From an uncultured Bacilli bacterium (GTDB lineage: Bacteria; Bacillota_I; Bacilli_A; RFN20; CAG-449), in the NCBI GenBank assembly GCA_947588815.1, contig CANQAG010000001.1, positions 65,038-129,037 of the forward strand: a stretch of 64,000 bases of DNA. The letters are read 5' to 3'. The position numbers were made by a program, and so were the translations under genes. The notes beneath the pieces were generated by a model that saw only the letters and a list, made by a program, of their open reading frames with translations, was not told the DNA's origin and ran no database searches. This document shows positions 19,818 through 30,206 of the stretch, one piece after another. Each line of letters begins with the position of its first letter. Position 1 is the stretch's first letter.

Positions 19818-20870
19818 TTATTTCTCAATCGCTTGGTCTAGAAACGAAACACACTGATCCATGACCGAAATATCAAATTCAGTCAGTTTTTTATAGTCAA
19901 GATTTTCAAAATGAGCTTTCTTCTGCTTTTGATATTCTTCACCTTTATATTGTGATTTAAGTTTTGCATAATCAGCATCGACTTTTTCCGCATAAAGTGC
20001 CGCTTCAATCGTAATATTGGGGCGATGAAAACGGTTTGCAACCGTTAAAAATCGAATGTTCTTTTTGTCACTTAACATCTTTTGATATTTTAAGAAATTA
20101 TGCTCATAATCAACTAACTTATCGTGATCGCCATGGATTAAAAGCATCGGTACTTCGCTTTCTTTAAGTGAATTTGTCGAACTTAAAAACGCTAATTGCT
20201 TAAATTTTGCTCTTTCAATTAGACGCATGAAAGGAATCAAAAGGACTCCGATTTTACCGATAGCCGCCACAATCTGTTCTTTCATTAAATCAAAAGTGTT
20301 ATCAAAAGATGAAAGTGAAACGATACCTTTAATGTCATGTTTAAAATACGTGATGTTATTGACAGTGTAAGCGCCCATTGAATGACCGTATAGCACTATT
20401 TTATAATTTTTTAGTTTTTCATCTTTTGCAATAGTTTCCAAAGCGTAATGTAAATCAATGATGGGTTGAGCAAAACCATTAAGGCATTTTCCTTCACTGA
20501 GGTTGCATCCTGTATAATCAAAGCCCAACACTAAATATCCTTTTTGAGCAAAGTAATCTATTTCACTAGTATATTGTAAATGACCGGCACCGATACCATG
20601 CGACAATATTAATAACGCTTTATATTCTTTAAAAGACGTTGAACGATAAATAAAACCTCTTAACGTCTGACCCTTGTTAGACTTAAATTCATACGGCTCA
20701 GCTTCAAGATTTTCAAAATCCTTAGCGGTAAAATAATGCAATGTGTGATTATCGTCATAGCGGCGATTAAAGATTACTGACCTTGCTTTATACGCCATTA
20801 AAAAAAGCAAGGCAACTATAATGAGAATAATACCACAAATACTTGCTAAGATCGTTATAAAAATTGTCAT
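19818..20870 (-). CDS. membrane-anchored alpha/beta-hydrolase (esterase/lipase, GHSMG nucleophile motif)
   Basis: ATG at 20870 with GGTGA RBS. The 20906 start in the ORF track is a TTG. N-terminal TM helix; HG oxyanion region; GHSMG serine motif. Confidence 0.7.
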   Translation of the reverse strand: MTIFITILASICGIILIIVALLFLMAYKARSVIFNRRYDDNHTLHYFTAKDFENLEAEPYEFKSNKGQTLRGFIYRSTSFKEYKALLILSHGIGAGHLQYTSEIDYFAQKGYLVLGFDYTGCNLSEGKCLNGFAQPIIDLHYALETIAKDEKLKNYKIVLYGHSMGAYTVNNITYFKHDIKGIVSLSSFDNTFDLMKEQIVAAIGKIGVLLIPFMRLIERAKFKQLAFLSSTNSLKESEVPMLLIHGDHDKLVDYEHNFLKYQKMLSDKKNIRFLTVANRFHRPNITIEAALYAEKVDADYAKLKSQYKGEEYQKQKKAHFENLDYKKLTEFDISVMDQCVSFLDQAIEK

Positions 20871-20926
20871 GATTAATTCACCTCTTTTACATATTAAAAG
20901 AAGCAATTAAAAAAAATCAATGATAT

Positions 20927-21685
20927 TTATACTTCCAAAAGAACATCTAATCCCATCATCAACAAAAAACCAATTAATAAGAAAATCTTACCCCATTCTT
21001 TTTGAACTTCACTGAATAATTCAAAAAAAGTCACAATCATCATCGCTCCGGCCGCTAATGCTAGAAGAAATGGTAAAGCCATGGTCAATGCTTCGATCAG
21101 CAAAAAACCACATAAACCAAAAATAGGTTCTACTGCCCCCGATACAACTCCTAGAGAAATGGCTTTTGGTTTTGAAAATCCTTGAGTATGCAATGGTAAG
21201 GCAATCGCTAAACCTTCTGGAATATTTTGAATGCCGATTCCAAAAGCTAGAGAAAGACTTGGAATCAAATAAGCATAATCTAAGCCCTGTTTCATCGCTA
21301 AAGCAAAGGATAAGCCAACCGATAAGCCTTCTGGGATGTTATGAAGCGTCATCGAAAGAAACACCAATGACAATTTTTTTGAATCCCTGATTTTATCTTT
21401 GAAAATGTTTATTTTCAGACGATCAACAAAAATAAATATCAATCCGCCTACAAAAAAACCCGTAAAAGACAAAAAAATGGTATCGTGCGTCTTAATAGAA
21501 GGCAAAAGCAGTGAAAAAATCGAAGAAGCTAGCATAATCCCACCGGAAAAGCCATAGATAATCGAACGTAATTTTTCATTCATTTGATCTTTTTTATAAA
21601 ATAATATACTTAATGATCCAATTGATGTCATCGCAAAAATAAATAACAATCCACCTAAAGCATAAAGAAATCCATTTAGAGACAT
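20927..21685 (-). CDS. zupT: ZIP-family zinc transporter (ZupT-like)
   Basis: Duplicated HNIPEGLSVG / QNIPEGLAIA ZIP signature motifs. Polytopic membrane protein. Confidence 0.8.
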   Translation of the reverse strand: MSLNGFLYALGGLLFIFAMTSIGSLSILFYKKDQMNEKLRSIIYGFSGGIMLASSIFSLLLPSIKTHDTIFLSFTGFFVGGLIFIFVDRLKINIFKDKIRDSKKLSLVFLSMTLHNIPEGLSVGLSFALAMKQGLDYAYLIPSLSLAFGIGIQNIPEGLAIALPLHTQGFSKPKAISLGVVSGAVEPIFGLCGFLLIEALTMALPFLLALAAGAMMIVTFFELFSEVQKEWGKIFLLIGFLLMMGLDVLLEV

Positions 21686-22060
21686 AAAAAAGTACCTGCC
21701 TTTTTATCTATATGTAAAAAGAATGCAAGTGCGAATTTTTAAAACAATATATTTTAAAAAGACGTAGTTAATTGATATTTTAAAGTATGTAAACAATTTT
21801 AATATATAATATAAAATTTTATTTTGTTATATATCATTTAAATATCAATCTCTCTAAACTCTAAAAATGTTTAAAATGCCTTTGACCTTCATCATCATTC
21901 TTAAAAAACATAGTATTAGAGAGAATATTTTTGCAATATAATCCGATTTCTTTTTTAACCAAAGTTATAATATCTATTTTAGATATTTTTATCTTTTTCA
22001 AGTTCCTCAATATATGCTAAAAACTTGTCAAAAAAATAGAAATTTGCATATATAATATTT

Positions 22061-23083
22061 TTATCTAAATCTATATTTTGTTTGATGATGATACCTTTCG
22101 TTTGATTCTAAAGTCATCGCTTTAAAATCATCTGCTTGCAATTGCGGTTCAATGGCTACTCCTTGAAATTGTTCTTCTTTATCAGCATTAATCAATCGAC
22201 AGTTACTTGGATAATTACAAGTATAAATAACCGCAGATGGGTATGTAGTATAGATTTCTAGAGTATGTGTTTTACCCTTTAAGATTATTGGCGAATTATT
22301 CCACTTATGCTCATTAAAAAGAAAACTATGATCATATCCTTTTGCGGAACTTTCAATAAGAGCTTTATCAAATAGATTGTCCTTAATAAATTTAGTTTTT
22401 TTAAAATCTAGATATTCGGGAGTTTTTTCGTATTTGGAAATTACAAGATCATCATCCATATGACCTACTTTATCGGCATCAATCCAAAGTTGATGATCAA
22501 GAACATCATTTTGGCAATCATCTAAATTAAAGTATGTATGAGTTGTAATATTGACCAATGTCGTTTGATCCGTGTTTGCAATATAATCGATGTCGAGATC
22601 TTTTGTATCGTCGCTTATAGTATAAATAATTTGCGTTTCCAAACGGCCAGGAAAGCCATCGCAAAGATGATCGGTATTAAGTGTAAAAATAACACTTACT
22701 TGATGCGTATCCTTTATAATTTCAGTAGTGAATTTTTTAAAAGCAAAACTGTTTTTACCACTATGAAGAGTACATTTCGGTTCATTCATATCGAGATTAT
22801 ATTCTTTTTCATTTATCTTGAAGTGCCCTAATGGAATCCTTCCGCACACTCTCCCTATCGTCTTACCATAATATTGCTTTGAAGACAAAAATTCTTTGAT
22901 TGATTTTGGAGTTAAAGTCAAATACTTTTCTTTGTGATGTTCTAAAAAGGAAAGTGAATAAATCGAAGCTCCGATATCACATAATGTAACTTTAAAACCT
23001 TGTTCATTGACGATATTTATCATCTTGATAAATTGGCCATTCACAAATTTACGCTTAATTATTACTTTCATATTTTTCACCAT
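22061..23083 (-). CDS. aldose 1-epimerase (galactose mutarotase-like) family protein
   Basis: GRVCGRIPLGHF...LHSGKNSFAFKKF, HTYFNL and GVAIEPQ mutarotase motifs. The N-terminal start is ambiguous. Confidence 0.7.
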   Translation of the reverse strand: MVKNMKVIIKRKFVNGQFIKMINIVNEQGFKVTLCDIGASIYSLSFLEHHKEKYLTLTPKSIKEFLSSKQYYGKTIGRVCGRIPLGHFKINEKEYNLDMNEPKCTLHSGKNSFAFKKFTTEIIKDTHQVSVIFTLNTDHLCDGFPGRLETQIIYTISDDTKDLDIDYIANTDQTTLVNITTHTYFNLDDCQNDVLDHQLWIDADKVGHMDDDLVISKYEKTPEYLDFKKTKFIKDNLFDKALIESSAKGYDHSFLFNEHKWNNSPIILKGKTHTLEIYTTYPSAVIYTCNYPSNCRLINADKEEQFQGVAIEPQLQADDFKAMTLESNERYHHQTKYRFR

Positions 23084-23205
23084 TTTTAAGATAATTAATT
23101 TTAATGGTTAATTCAATCTTCGCAATAAAAACCATTAAAAAAAAAGGATTATCGCTTATTTACGATAATCCTTTGAATAACTAACCAGTAAAATTATTTC
23201 TTATT

Positions 23206-24501
23206 TTATTCGGAAGGAAGCATTGATACTAATTGTTGAATTAATTGTTCGCCAGGAATATAAGTAAGAGGATTATCCTTTTTAGCAGATAATTCATCAA
23301 CATCTTTTTGTGAAATAAGTTCAACTTGATCTTCAGTTCCGGCATATGTTGCACCGAAAGAAAGAGATAAGTCAATCATTTCGCCATAAGCGACTTCGAC
23401 ATTTGAAGCTTCAACCGTCAAATCTTTAATGGCTCCTTCTTCTTCAAAATCAAATCTAATCACTAAATCTCCGGCAACTACTGGAGCAGTTGGAGTTGTA
23501 GGATCTTCTGCAACCGGGGCTACGTTTCCACTACTAATCATTTCCATCACTAAATCGGCAATTTGAGCTAAATCAAGTTTAACATAATAGGCGGTACCTA
23601 ATTTACCAAATTCAGACATCTCAGAAAGCGTCGATAAAATCATTTCGACATAATTTGGTTGTTCTTCTTCAACCGCAGCTGGCGTTCCTGAAGGACTCTG
23701 TGATGACGATGACATTAAGCCAACAACGCTTGTTAAAACATCGTTAGTAAGCAATGAATAAGCTAAATTTTCCTCGGAAGGTTTCGTTGAATTGTCTTTA
23801 TATGTTTGAGTTATTGTGCCTTCAACACCCATATAAAGCCAATCACTTTCGGCTGCCGCTTCCATGTCTCCGGCCTTTAATTCTTGACGACCATAATTAA
23901 CTTCAGCATGCATTTCAGCCTCTCCATGGCTTTCAACGACATCTTGAGTTTGCGATGATGAATCAGAAGAAACTTCCGCTGAAGATTCTGCTTCAGCCGG
24001 AGTAACGATCGGATCGCCTTGCGACTCTTTAACTTCGGTGATATCTACAGCCATAGTTAAATCGGCTTTAGCAGATAATTTACCTAAATCTTCTTCACCG
24101 GTAAGACCGGTTTCTTGTAAAGAACTTAAAGTATCTCTGTTGAGATTCTCAAGTACCTCAAAATTCAAAGCAAAATCTGCATTATCAAATTTTAGTCCTT
24201 TTGAGAATGCGAAAGATCCTTGAACATTGAGATTTCCTTCTAATTTACTACCGGTCCATTCGGTTAATGGCATCGCGGCTTGAAGTTTTGCTTCGAATTC
24301 ATTTCTTAAATTCTCGGCTTCGCTTCCTGTTACATAAGAATCAGGTTGCGACATTTGAGCACTTGACGCTTCTTCAACCGAAGAAACATCAGAGGTATCA
24401 GATGGATTGTTCGATCCATTTGATGATTCGTTTTGATTCGTACCATCACAAGCAAACAACATAAGTGCTGGTACTAATAAGAGTAATTTTAATTTTTTCA
24501 C
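23206..24501 (-). CDS. acidic S/E/D-rich lipoprotein, hypothetical
   Basis: Likely GTG start at 24501 (AAGGAGA 9 nt upstream) giving VKKLKLLLLVPALMLFAC|DG lipobox. Long low-complexity acidic regions. Confidence 0.5.
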   Translation of the reverse strand: MKKLKLLLLVPALMLFACDGTNQNESSNGSNNPSDTSDVSSVEEASSAQMSQPDSYVTGSEAENLRNEFEAKLQAAMPLTEWTGSKLEGNLNVQGSFAFSKGLKFDNADFALNFEVLENLNRDTLSSLQETGLTGEEDLGKLSAKADLTMAVDITEVKESQGDPIVTPAEAESSAEVSSDSSSQTQDVVESHGEAEMHAEVNYGRQELKAGDMEAAAESDWLYMGVEGTITQTYKDNSTKPSEENLAYSLLTNDVLTSVVGLMSSSSQSPSGTPAAVEEEQPNYVEMILSTLSEMSEFGKLGTAYYVKLDLAQIADLVMEMISSGNVAPVAEDPTTPTAPVVAGDLVIRFDFEEEGAIKDLTVEASNVEVAYGEMIDLSLSFGATYAGTEDQVELISQKDVDELSAKKDNPLTYIPGEQLIQQLVSMLPSE

Positions 24502-24635
24502 TTCTGTAAGTCTCCTTTTTCCATTAAAAAATATAGGACGATAAAACAATATTGTCAAGAATAATATTTTAGAACAAAGTAAATTTTTTATTCTTAAGCC
24601 AAATGCTGATTATTTAAGGATATTTTCATCTTTCC

Positions 24636-25634
24636 TTATTTAATTTCTAAAGGTTCTTCTTTATGAAATAATTTTTTTATCGCTTTTTTGGTAGGGTTAA
24701 CAACTGTTCCTTTAATTGCATTTGCAATTGGAGTAATTACTAAACTTGAAGTAAGTTCCGGCAAAGCCTTGGTCGCTTCAGCAAAAGCAGAGCTCATCAA
24801 GCTATTCCTAGATGTTTCATTTTCATAATTATTGAAGATATACTGCATCGCCAAAAATCCGCTTCTAAGCATAAAGAAAGCATTAATACTTCCATCAACT
24901 AAAGAACCGACAAGCGGTTTTGCAAGATTTGGAAGTAAATTGCCAAACATGTTTTGGATATCAAGTTTTTCAGCACCGTCAGCGATTAAAGATGCCAACG
25001 CAACATTAATATAAAATTTTAAAAGGCGGAAAAACGATGGGCGAAATCCCGCACGTTTTACCAATTTTTTCAGCATTCTAAAATTGTTGATGATTACAAT
25101 CAAAATATCGATGGCATTATTTTGCGACAATGCCGTCAAATACAATGTATCTCTAGCACTTTCAATCACAATTTTACGCATATCTTTCTTTATATCATTT
25201 TTAAGAATACCACTTAATAGTTCTTGCAACCTTTGATCTTTTAAAACCAAAGAATCACCTTTTACACTTTTCATCGATTCTTTTAACAGGTTCGCATTCT
25301 CATCGGAAATTTGTTTTTTTCTAATTAACCTTTTTGAAAGTTTTTTCATTTTTTTGTAATGGGCTTCTACAACTTTCTTTTTTTGAGTTCCTTCTAGTTT
25401 TTCAGAAGCAGAACGATAAGAAAACGGCGGAGCAAAAAGAACCGTAAAAAACGGAATGATCAAAAAATACAAAACCAAAGCTGCCGCGCCGATATAATAA
25501 ACGATTTCCAAATATAAATTAAACCCTTTTAAAGAATTTCCGGTTGACAATACCAAAGAAAGAATCCATAGCATCAAAGCCACAAATCCCAATAAAATAA
25601 AAATCAAACTTACGAAGTTTCTTTTTTTCTTCAT
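24636..25634 (-). CDS. hypothetical membrane protein (two N-terminal TM helices, K-rich linker, C-terminal amphipathic domain; possibly DUF697/YcjF-like)
   Basis: ORF plus hydrophobicity pattern only. The family assignment is tentative. Confidence 0.5.
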   Translation of the reverse strand: MKKKRNFVSLIFILLGFVALMLWILSLVLSTGNSLKGFNLYLEIVYYIGAAALVLYFLIIPFFTVLFAPPFSYRSASEKLEGTQKKKVVEAHYKKMKKLSKRLIRKKQISDENANLLKESMKSVKGDSLVLKDQRLQELLSGILKNDIKKDMRKIVIESARDTLYLTALSQNNAIDILIVIINNFRMLKKLVKRAGFRPSFFRLLKFYINVALASLIADGAEKLDIQNMFGNLLPNLAKPLVGSLVDGSINAFFMLRSGFLAMQYIFNNYENETSRNSLMSSAFAEATKALPELTSSLVITPIANAIKGTVVNPTKKAIKKLFHKEEPLEIK

Positions 25635-25692
25635 ATCATTACCTATCTATATTAAATTTATCATAAATTAAAAAGTACATCTACTTAAATCT

Positions 25693-26301
25693 TCATTTAA
25701 AACGTTCATAATCAATGATATTTTTTAAAATTTTAATTGAAGAGTTAATTAAATAACTGACATTGCTCTTCTTGATTTTAAGTTTTTTAGCAATCTCTTC
25801 GTAAGAAGCATTTTCCATCCACATTATCAAAGCTATTTGATGATTTTTCTTCAAAGAGGTTTTTATCAAATCATTTAAATAATAGGCGTTATCTTCAGTA
25901 AACAAAGAATCTAGCAATGATTCTGCTTCAAAAGCGCTTTCGTTTAAAATCCATGTTTCTTCAACATCGTATCTTAATGATGGAAGACCGCTTGTTCTTC
26001 CTCTCGCTTTATAGTATCCAAGAATATTCGTAAACTTTCTTTCAATTACTTTTTTCCAAAATGAGTAAAACGCCGAACGCGCAAAGGTGTAACGTGAAAT
26101 GGCAAACATTGTCCATTCTTCTAACGCTAAAAGAAGTTCACCGACATCTAAATCGATATTTTGGCACTGTTTTGAGAAAACATTCTCAAATCGTCTCGAT
26201 TTTATCTTATATCTAAAAAAAAGAAGCTCCATCGCTTCTTCTTTTTGTTGCCTAATTAAATAAATCAATTCATCATCGCTAAATCGTTCACAAATTTTCA
26301 T
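25693..26301 (-). CDS. sigH: sigma-70 family sigma factor, SigH-like
   Basis: Region-4 HTH (ASYEEIAKKLKIKKSNVSYLINSSIKILKNII). Conserved Firmicutes position after cysS/rlmB. 4-nt overlap with rlmB. Confidence 0.65.
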   Translation of the reverse strand: MKICERFSDDELIYLIRQQKEEAMELLFFRYKIKSRRFENVFSKQCQNIDLDVGELLLALEEWTMFAISRYTFARSAFYSFWKKVIERKFTNILGYYKARGRTSGLPSLRYDVEETWILNESAFEAESLLDSLFTEDNAYYLNDLIKTSLKKNHQIALIMWMENASYEEIAKKLKIKKSNVSYLINSSIKILKNIIDYERFK

Positions 26302-27026
26302 TTCGCCTTACCTGTCTTTGAATTATAGGCCATCGCAAAAAACAAAGTCGCAGCATTTGAAGCATTTAATGAATTGACCGATCCTACCATTGGGATATAA
26401 GCGATATAATCACTATTTTGAAGAATTAAATGTGAAATTCCTCGTCCTTCAGAGCCGATTACAATGGCAATTTTTCGTTTATAATCGATGTCGCGATAAT
26501 CGATATTTCCCTCACCATCACTTGCTACAATCCAATAATTGTGAGCCTTTAAACTTTTAATGGCTTGATTTAAATTAGTGACTTTACAAACTTTCACATG
26601 ATCGACCGCTCCTGTTGAAACCTTACTGACAGTACCATTTAAGGGAACTTGACGATGTTCTCCAATGATAATCCATTTTATTCCCAAAGCATCTGCGCTC
26701 CTTAAAATAGCTCCAAAATTATGGGGATCTTCAATTCCATCAAGAATGGCAATCGTCGGATTATCTTGATCTTTCGACCAATTGAGAAGCTCTTCTAACG
26801 AATAGTAACTATAATCTTTGCGAAGCGATACAATCCCTTGATGATTCACATCACCAACCAATTTTTCAAATTCACTTTCTGTAGCATAACGAAAACAGAT
26901 ACTATTTTTTTCAAGAAAGCTTAGGATTTTTTGATCTTTGAAACCTTTTAAAAGAAACACTTCACTAGAGGTATTATCTTTCAAGTAACTTAGGACAGTG
27001 TTTTTACCATAAATGTATTGTTTCAT
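26298..27026 (-). CDS. rlmB: 23S rRNA (guanosine-2'-O)-methyltransferase RlmB (SpoU/TrmH family)
   Basis: ILDGIEDPHNFGAILRSADALG and IVIGSEGRGIS SPOUT motifs. Confidence 0.85.
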   Translation of the reverse strand: MKQYIYGKNTVLSYLKDNTSSEVFLLKGFKDQKILSFLEKNSICFRYATESEFEKLVGDVNHQGIVSLRKDYSYYSLEELLNWSKDQDNPTIAILDGIEDPHNFGAILRSADALGIKWIIIGEHRQVPLNGTVSKVSTGAVDHVKVCKVTNLNQAIKSLKAHNYWIVASDGEGNIDYRDIDYKRKIAIVIGSEGRGISHLILQNSDYIAYIPMVGSVNSLNASNAATLFFAMAYNSKTGKAK

Positions 27027-27094
27027 AAATATACCTCTACTTATATAATAAAGAAAAAATCGATCTTAGCAAAATTTAAGCCGATTTTTTTTAA

Positions 27095-27805
27095 CTATTT
27101 ACTGATTACTTTAATTTCATGAGGAACGATACTGATTCTAATATCGTCCGCAAAAGCTTGCAACGTCGCTTTATCAGTCTCAGCCATCGTAATTGTGATT
27201 CTCAATAGATCCCCTAACTGACCTTTGATGATAGTGGATCCGACATTTTTAATAATAATTCCATATTTGTTTGCAAATAGCAATGTCTCTTTTAAAATCG
27301 GTTTATCACCTGAAACCGTTAAAATAATTTTAGGAAATCGTTGGCTCAAAATATTTTCGATTTTTGTTAAGAAAATCAATGTTAAAATTGAAACAATCGT
27401 CGTAATAATTGCGCCTGAAAAGAACCCGGAGCCACAAGCTAAACCAATGCCACCAACCAACCATATCGTTGCTGCTGTCGTTAACCCCTTGATGTCCGTT
27501 CCCGTTTGTATTATCGTTCCGGCGCCTAAAAAACCGATACCAGATACAACTTGTGCCGCAAGTCGCGCCGGATCTCTAGTGGTATTTCCATCAAAACCCG
27601 GAGCCATTATCGAAATAATCATAATCAAACAGGCGCCGATTGAAACTAAGATGTGAGTGCGAAGTCCTGCCGCATGTCCGTGATATTGTCTTTCATAACC
27701 GATAAAACCGGAAAATAGAGCCGCTAACGTAATTTCCAAAAAAATCAATAATAAGGTACCAACATCACCTAGTGACTCAAAAAAATTTAAAATTACTCGA
27801 TCCAT
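27095..27805 (-). CDS. MgtC/SapB-family membrane protein
   Basis: N-terminal MgtC signature LAALFSGFIGYERQ...GLRTHILVSIGA plus a C-terminal ACT-like tail. Sits where mini-RNase III (mrnC) is found in Bacillus. Confidence 0.75.
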   Translation of the reverse strand: MDRVILNFFESLGDVGTLLLIFLEITLAALFSGFIGYERQYHGHAAGLRTHILVSIGACLIMIISIMAPGFDGNTTRDPARLAAQVVSGIGFLGAGTIIQTGTDIKGLTTAATIWLVGGIGLACGSGFFSGAIITTIVSILTLIFLTKIENILSQRFPKIILTVSGDKPILKETLLFANKYGIIIKNVGSTIIKGQLGDLLRITITMAETDKATLQAFADDIRISIVPHEIKVISK

Positions 27806-27806
27806 A

Positions 27807-29147
27807 CTACATCAATCCTCTCTCCATCAAAGCTTTACGATATTCATCGCTTTTTTGAAAATCTTTATCAAGGCGAGCCTTGTCATACAATTTGAATAAC
27901 TCTCGCGCTTGATCGTCCAATATCGTCGGATAAAATTCTAATCCCAATAAATCAAACATTGCTTTTAATGTGTTAAAAAGCTCATTGATTTTGTCGTAAT
28001 TTTTTTCTTTGTTACGCAGTTCTATATTTCCTTCTTTTATCATTCGATAAAGTTCCGTAATCGCATTGGGTGTATTTAAATCATCAGCTAAGTGTTCAAG
28101 AAAAGTTTGGATACTTTCTTTATTGACTTCTCCCTCCAAATTCTTGCTCGCAAGTTGCAAAGAAATTGCCAACTTATTATAACATTGTTGAATTTTTTCG
28201 AGTTCTTTGCCGGCGTTTACAGCCAATTCATCAGTGAAATTCAAAGGTGTGCGATAATGAGTATTTAAAATAATAAAACGAACAACATTACCTCCATAAA
28301 GATTGAGCATCTGTTTGGCTTGTTTAACATTTCCTAAAGATTTTGACATCTTTACATTGTCGATGTTGATAAATCCATTATGCATCCAAATGTTAGCGAT
28401 TTTATGCCCATTCACCGCAATCGATTGAGCGATTTCGTTTTCGTGATGTGGAAATTTTAAGTCAAATCCACCACCATGAATATCGATATGCCCGCCCGGT
28501 ATAATAGAATTAATCATCACTACGCATTCACTATGCCATCCGGGACGACCTTTAGACCACGGAGAATCAAATTGAATTCCTTCGCTCGTTTTCTTCCACA
28601 ATGCGAAATCTAAAGGCGATTCTTTTTTACTGTTTTCTTCGATGCGGGCTCCGGCAATAAGATCTTCTTTTTTCATATTGCTCAAAGATCCATAATCCTC
28701 GATTTTGGTAACGCGGAAATAAACATCGCCATCAACGACATAAGCGTAATCATTCTTAACCATTTTATCGATAAAAGCGATAATTTTATCCATAGTTTCT
28801 ACGACACGCGGTTGATAAGTTGGTTTTAAAGAATGAATGGCGATTCGATCTTCTTCAAATGCCTCGATGTATTTATCGGCAATTTCTTTTTCAGAAAGTC
28901 CCTCTTTTTTAGCCTCGGCAATAATTTTATCATCAATATCGGTAAAATTTGAAATAAAGGTGACTTTATACCCTAAATATGTAAATAATCTTCTAAGCAC
29001 ATCAAAAACAACCACTGGGCGCATATTTCCAAAATGCACATAATTGTAGACTGTCGGTCCACAAACATAGCAAGTAACTTCGTTTTTGCAAATCGGTTTA
29101 AATACTTCTATTTGATTAGTAAGACTATTATATAATTTGACTTCCAT
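27807..29147 (-). CDS. cysS: cysteine--tRNA ligase
   Basis: 446 aa. CGPTVYNYVHFGNMR (HIGH region) and KMSKSLGN motifs. Confidence 0.95.
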   Translation of the reverse strand: MEVKLYNSLTNQIEVFKPICKNEVTCYVCGPTVYNYVHFGNMRPVVVFDVLRRLFTYLGYKVTFISNFTDIDDKIIAEAKKEGLSEKEIADKYIEAFEEDRIAIHSLKPTYQPRVVETMDKIIAFIDKMVKNDYAYVVDGDVYFRVTKIEDYGSLSNMKKEDLIAGARIEENSKKESPLDFALWKKTSEGIQFDSPWSKGRPGWHSECVVMINSIIPGGHIDIHGGGFDLKFPHHENEIAQSIAVNGHKIANIWMHNGFINIDNVKMSKSLGNVKQAKQMLNLYGGNVVRFIILNTHYRTPLNFTDELAVNAGKELEKIQQCYNKLAISLQLASKNLEGEVNKESIQTFLEHLADDLNTPNAITELYRMIKEGNIELRNKEKNYDKINELFNTLKAMFDLLGLEFYPTILDDQARELFKLYDKARLDKDFQKSDEYRKALMERGLM

Positions 29148-29248
29148 ATCAAATCTCCTAGCACTTATATTTTACATTAAAGTCCATATAATTGCTAATA
29201 TTATTTATATTCGTATAAAGCGCTTCGACTTTTAAAATCAGCGATGTG

Positions 29249-29998
29249 TTAGTTGTTTCGTTTTCTTTGAATTAAATATGCAAATCTTAGAGCTAAACCT
29301 TCTGGAATAAACCGCAGTAAAAATCGTGCGATTTTAAATTTAAGACTAGTAAAAATAACGAGCTTTTTGCCCATATTAGTCACTGCAATTTTTGCGGCTT
29401 TTTCACTCGCCATGGTCTTAGTTAAAAATTGTACATTAGCTTTTTCCTGAAATTCGGTTTTTAATGGTCCGGGACACATGACGCTGATTTTTACAGAACT
29501 TTCTTGCAATTTTAATTCGTAATTGATTGCAATACATAGACGATAAATATAGCTTTTGCACGCATAGTAAGTCGCCATTAAAGGACCACCGGTAAAAGCC
29601 GCAAACGATGCGATATTCAAAATAATGCCACCACCATCTTTTTCAAATTTTTCAATAAAGAGGCGCATTAGATTTTGCATAGCTAATACATCCGTTTTTA
29701 ACATTTCTTCTTGAGAGATTAAATCAAGTTCATTAAAAAATCCAAATAATCCAAATCCGGCATTGTTTATTAAAACATCGATTTTTTGATCTTTTAATTC
29801 CTCATACATTTTTAAAATACTCGGTAAATCAGTCACATCAATCGCAAAAATTTGAACCGACGTTTGAAACTCCTTTTTAAGTTCTTCTAACCGTTCTCTT
29901 CTTCGAGCTACTAATATCAAATCGTAACCTTTCAATGATAATAAACGCGCGATATCTCTTCCTAATCCTGAGGAAGCTCCTGTAATCAATGCTTTCAT
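29249..29998 (-). CDS. SDR-family short-chain dehydrogenase/reductase
   Basis: ATG at 29998 (MKALITGASSGLGRDIA), GGTGA RBS. TGxxxGxG NAD(P)-binding motif and YxxxK active site (YYACK). Confidence 0.8.
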   Translation of the reverse strand: MKALITGASSGLGRDIARLLSLKGYDLILVARRRERLEELKKEFQTSVQIFAIDVTDLPSILKMYEELKDQKIDVLINNAGFGLFGFFNELDLISQEEMLKTDVLAMQNLMRLFIEKFEKDGGGIILNIASFAAFTGGPLMATYYACKSYIYRLCIAINYELKLQESSVKISVMCPGPLKTEFQEKANVQFLTKTMASEKAAKIAVTNMGKKLVIFTSLKFKIARFLLRFIPEGLALRFAYLIQRKRNN

Positions 29999-30206
29999 TA
30001 TATTCACCAAAATTAGTATTTCCAAAACTATTCTATAAATGAAAAAAGCGTAAATTATCATAATCTACGCTCTTCTCAAGAAAGGTTTATTCAAAAGGAA
30101 ATTTAAGACATAAATGTTTAGCGATAAAATCGCTTTTCACTTAAATCACCTCTTGAGCAATGTTATTGAAGGTAAATTTCTCAAAATTTGAAAAATCACC
30201 TAAGCC

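Noticed and set aside
29148-29248. T-box leader upstream of cysS
   Set aside because: Only about 100 nt separate cysS from the stop of the upstream SDR gene. That is too short for a T-box element (about 250 nt). No specifier-loop or T-box consensus (AATTAGGGTGGNACCGCG) is visible. The 8-nt AAGCGCTT palindrome there cannot form a hairpin with a loop.
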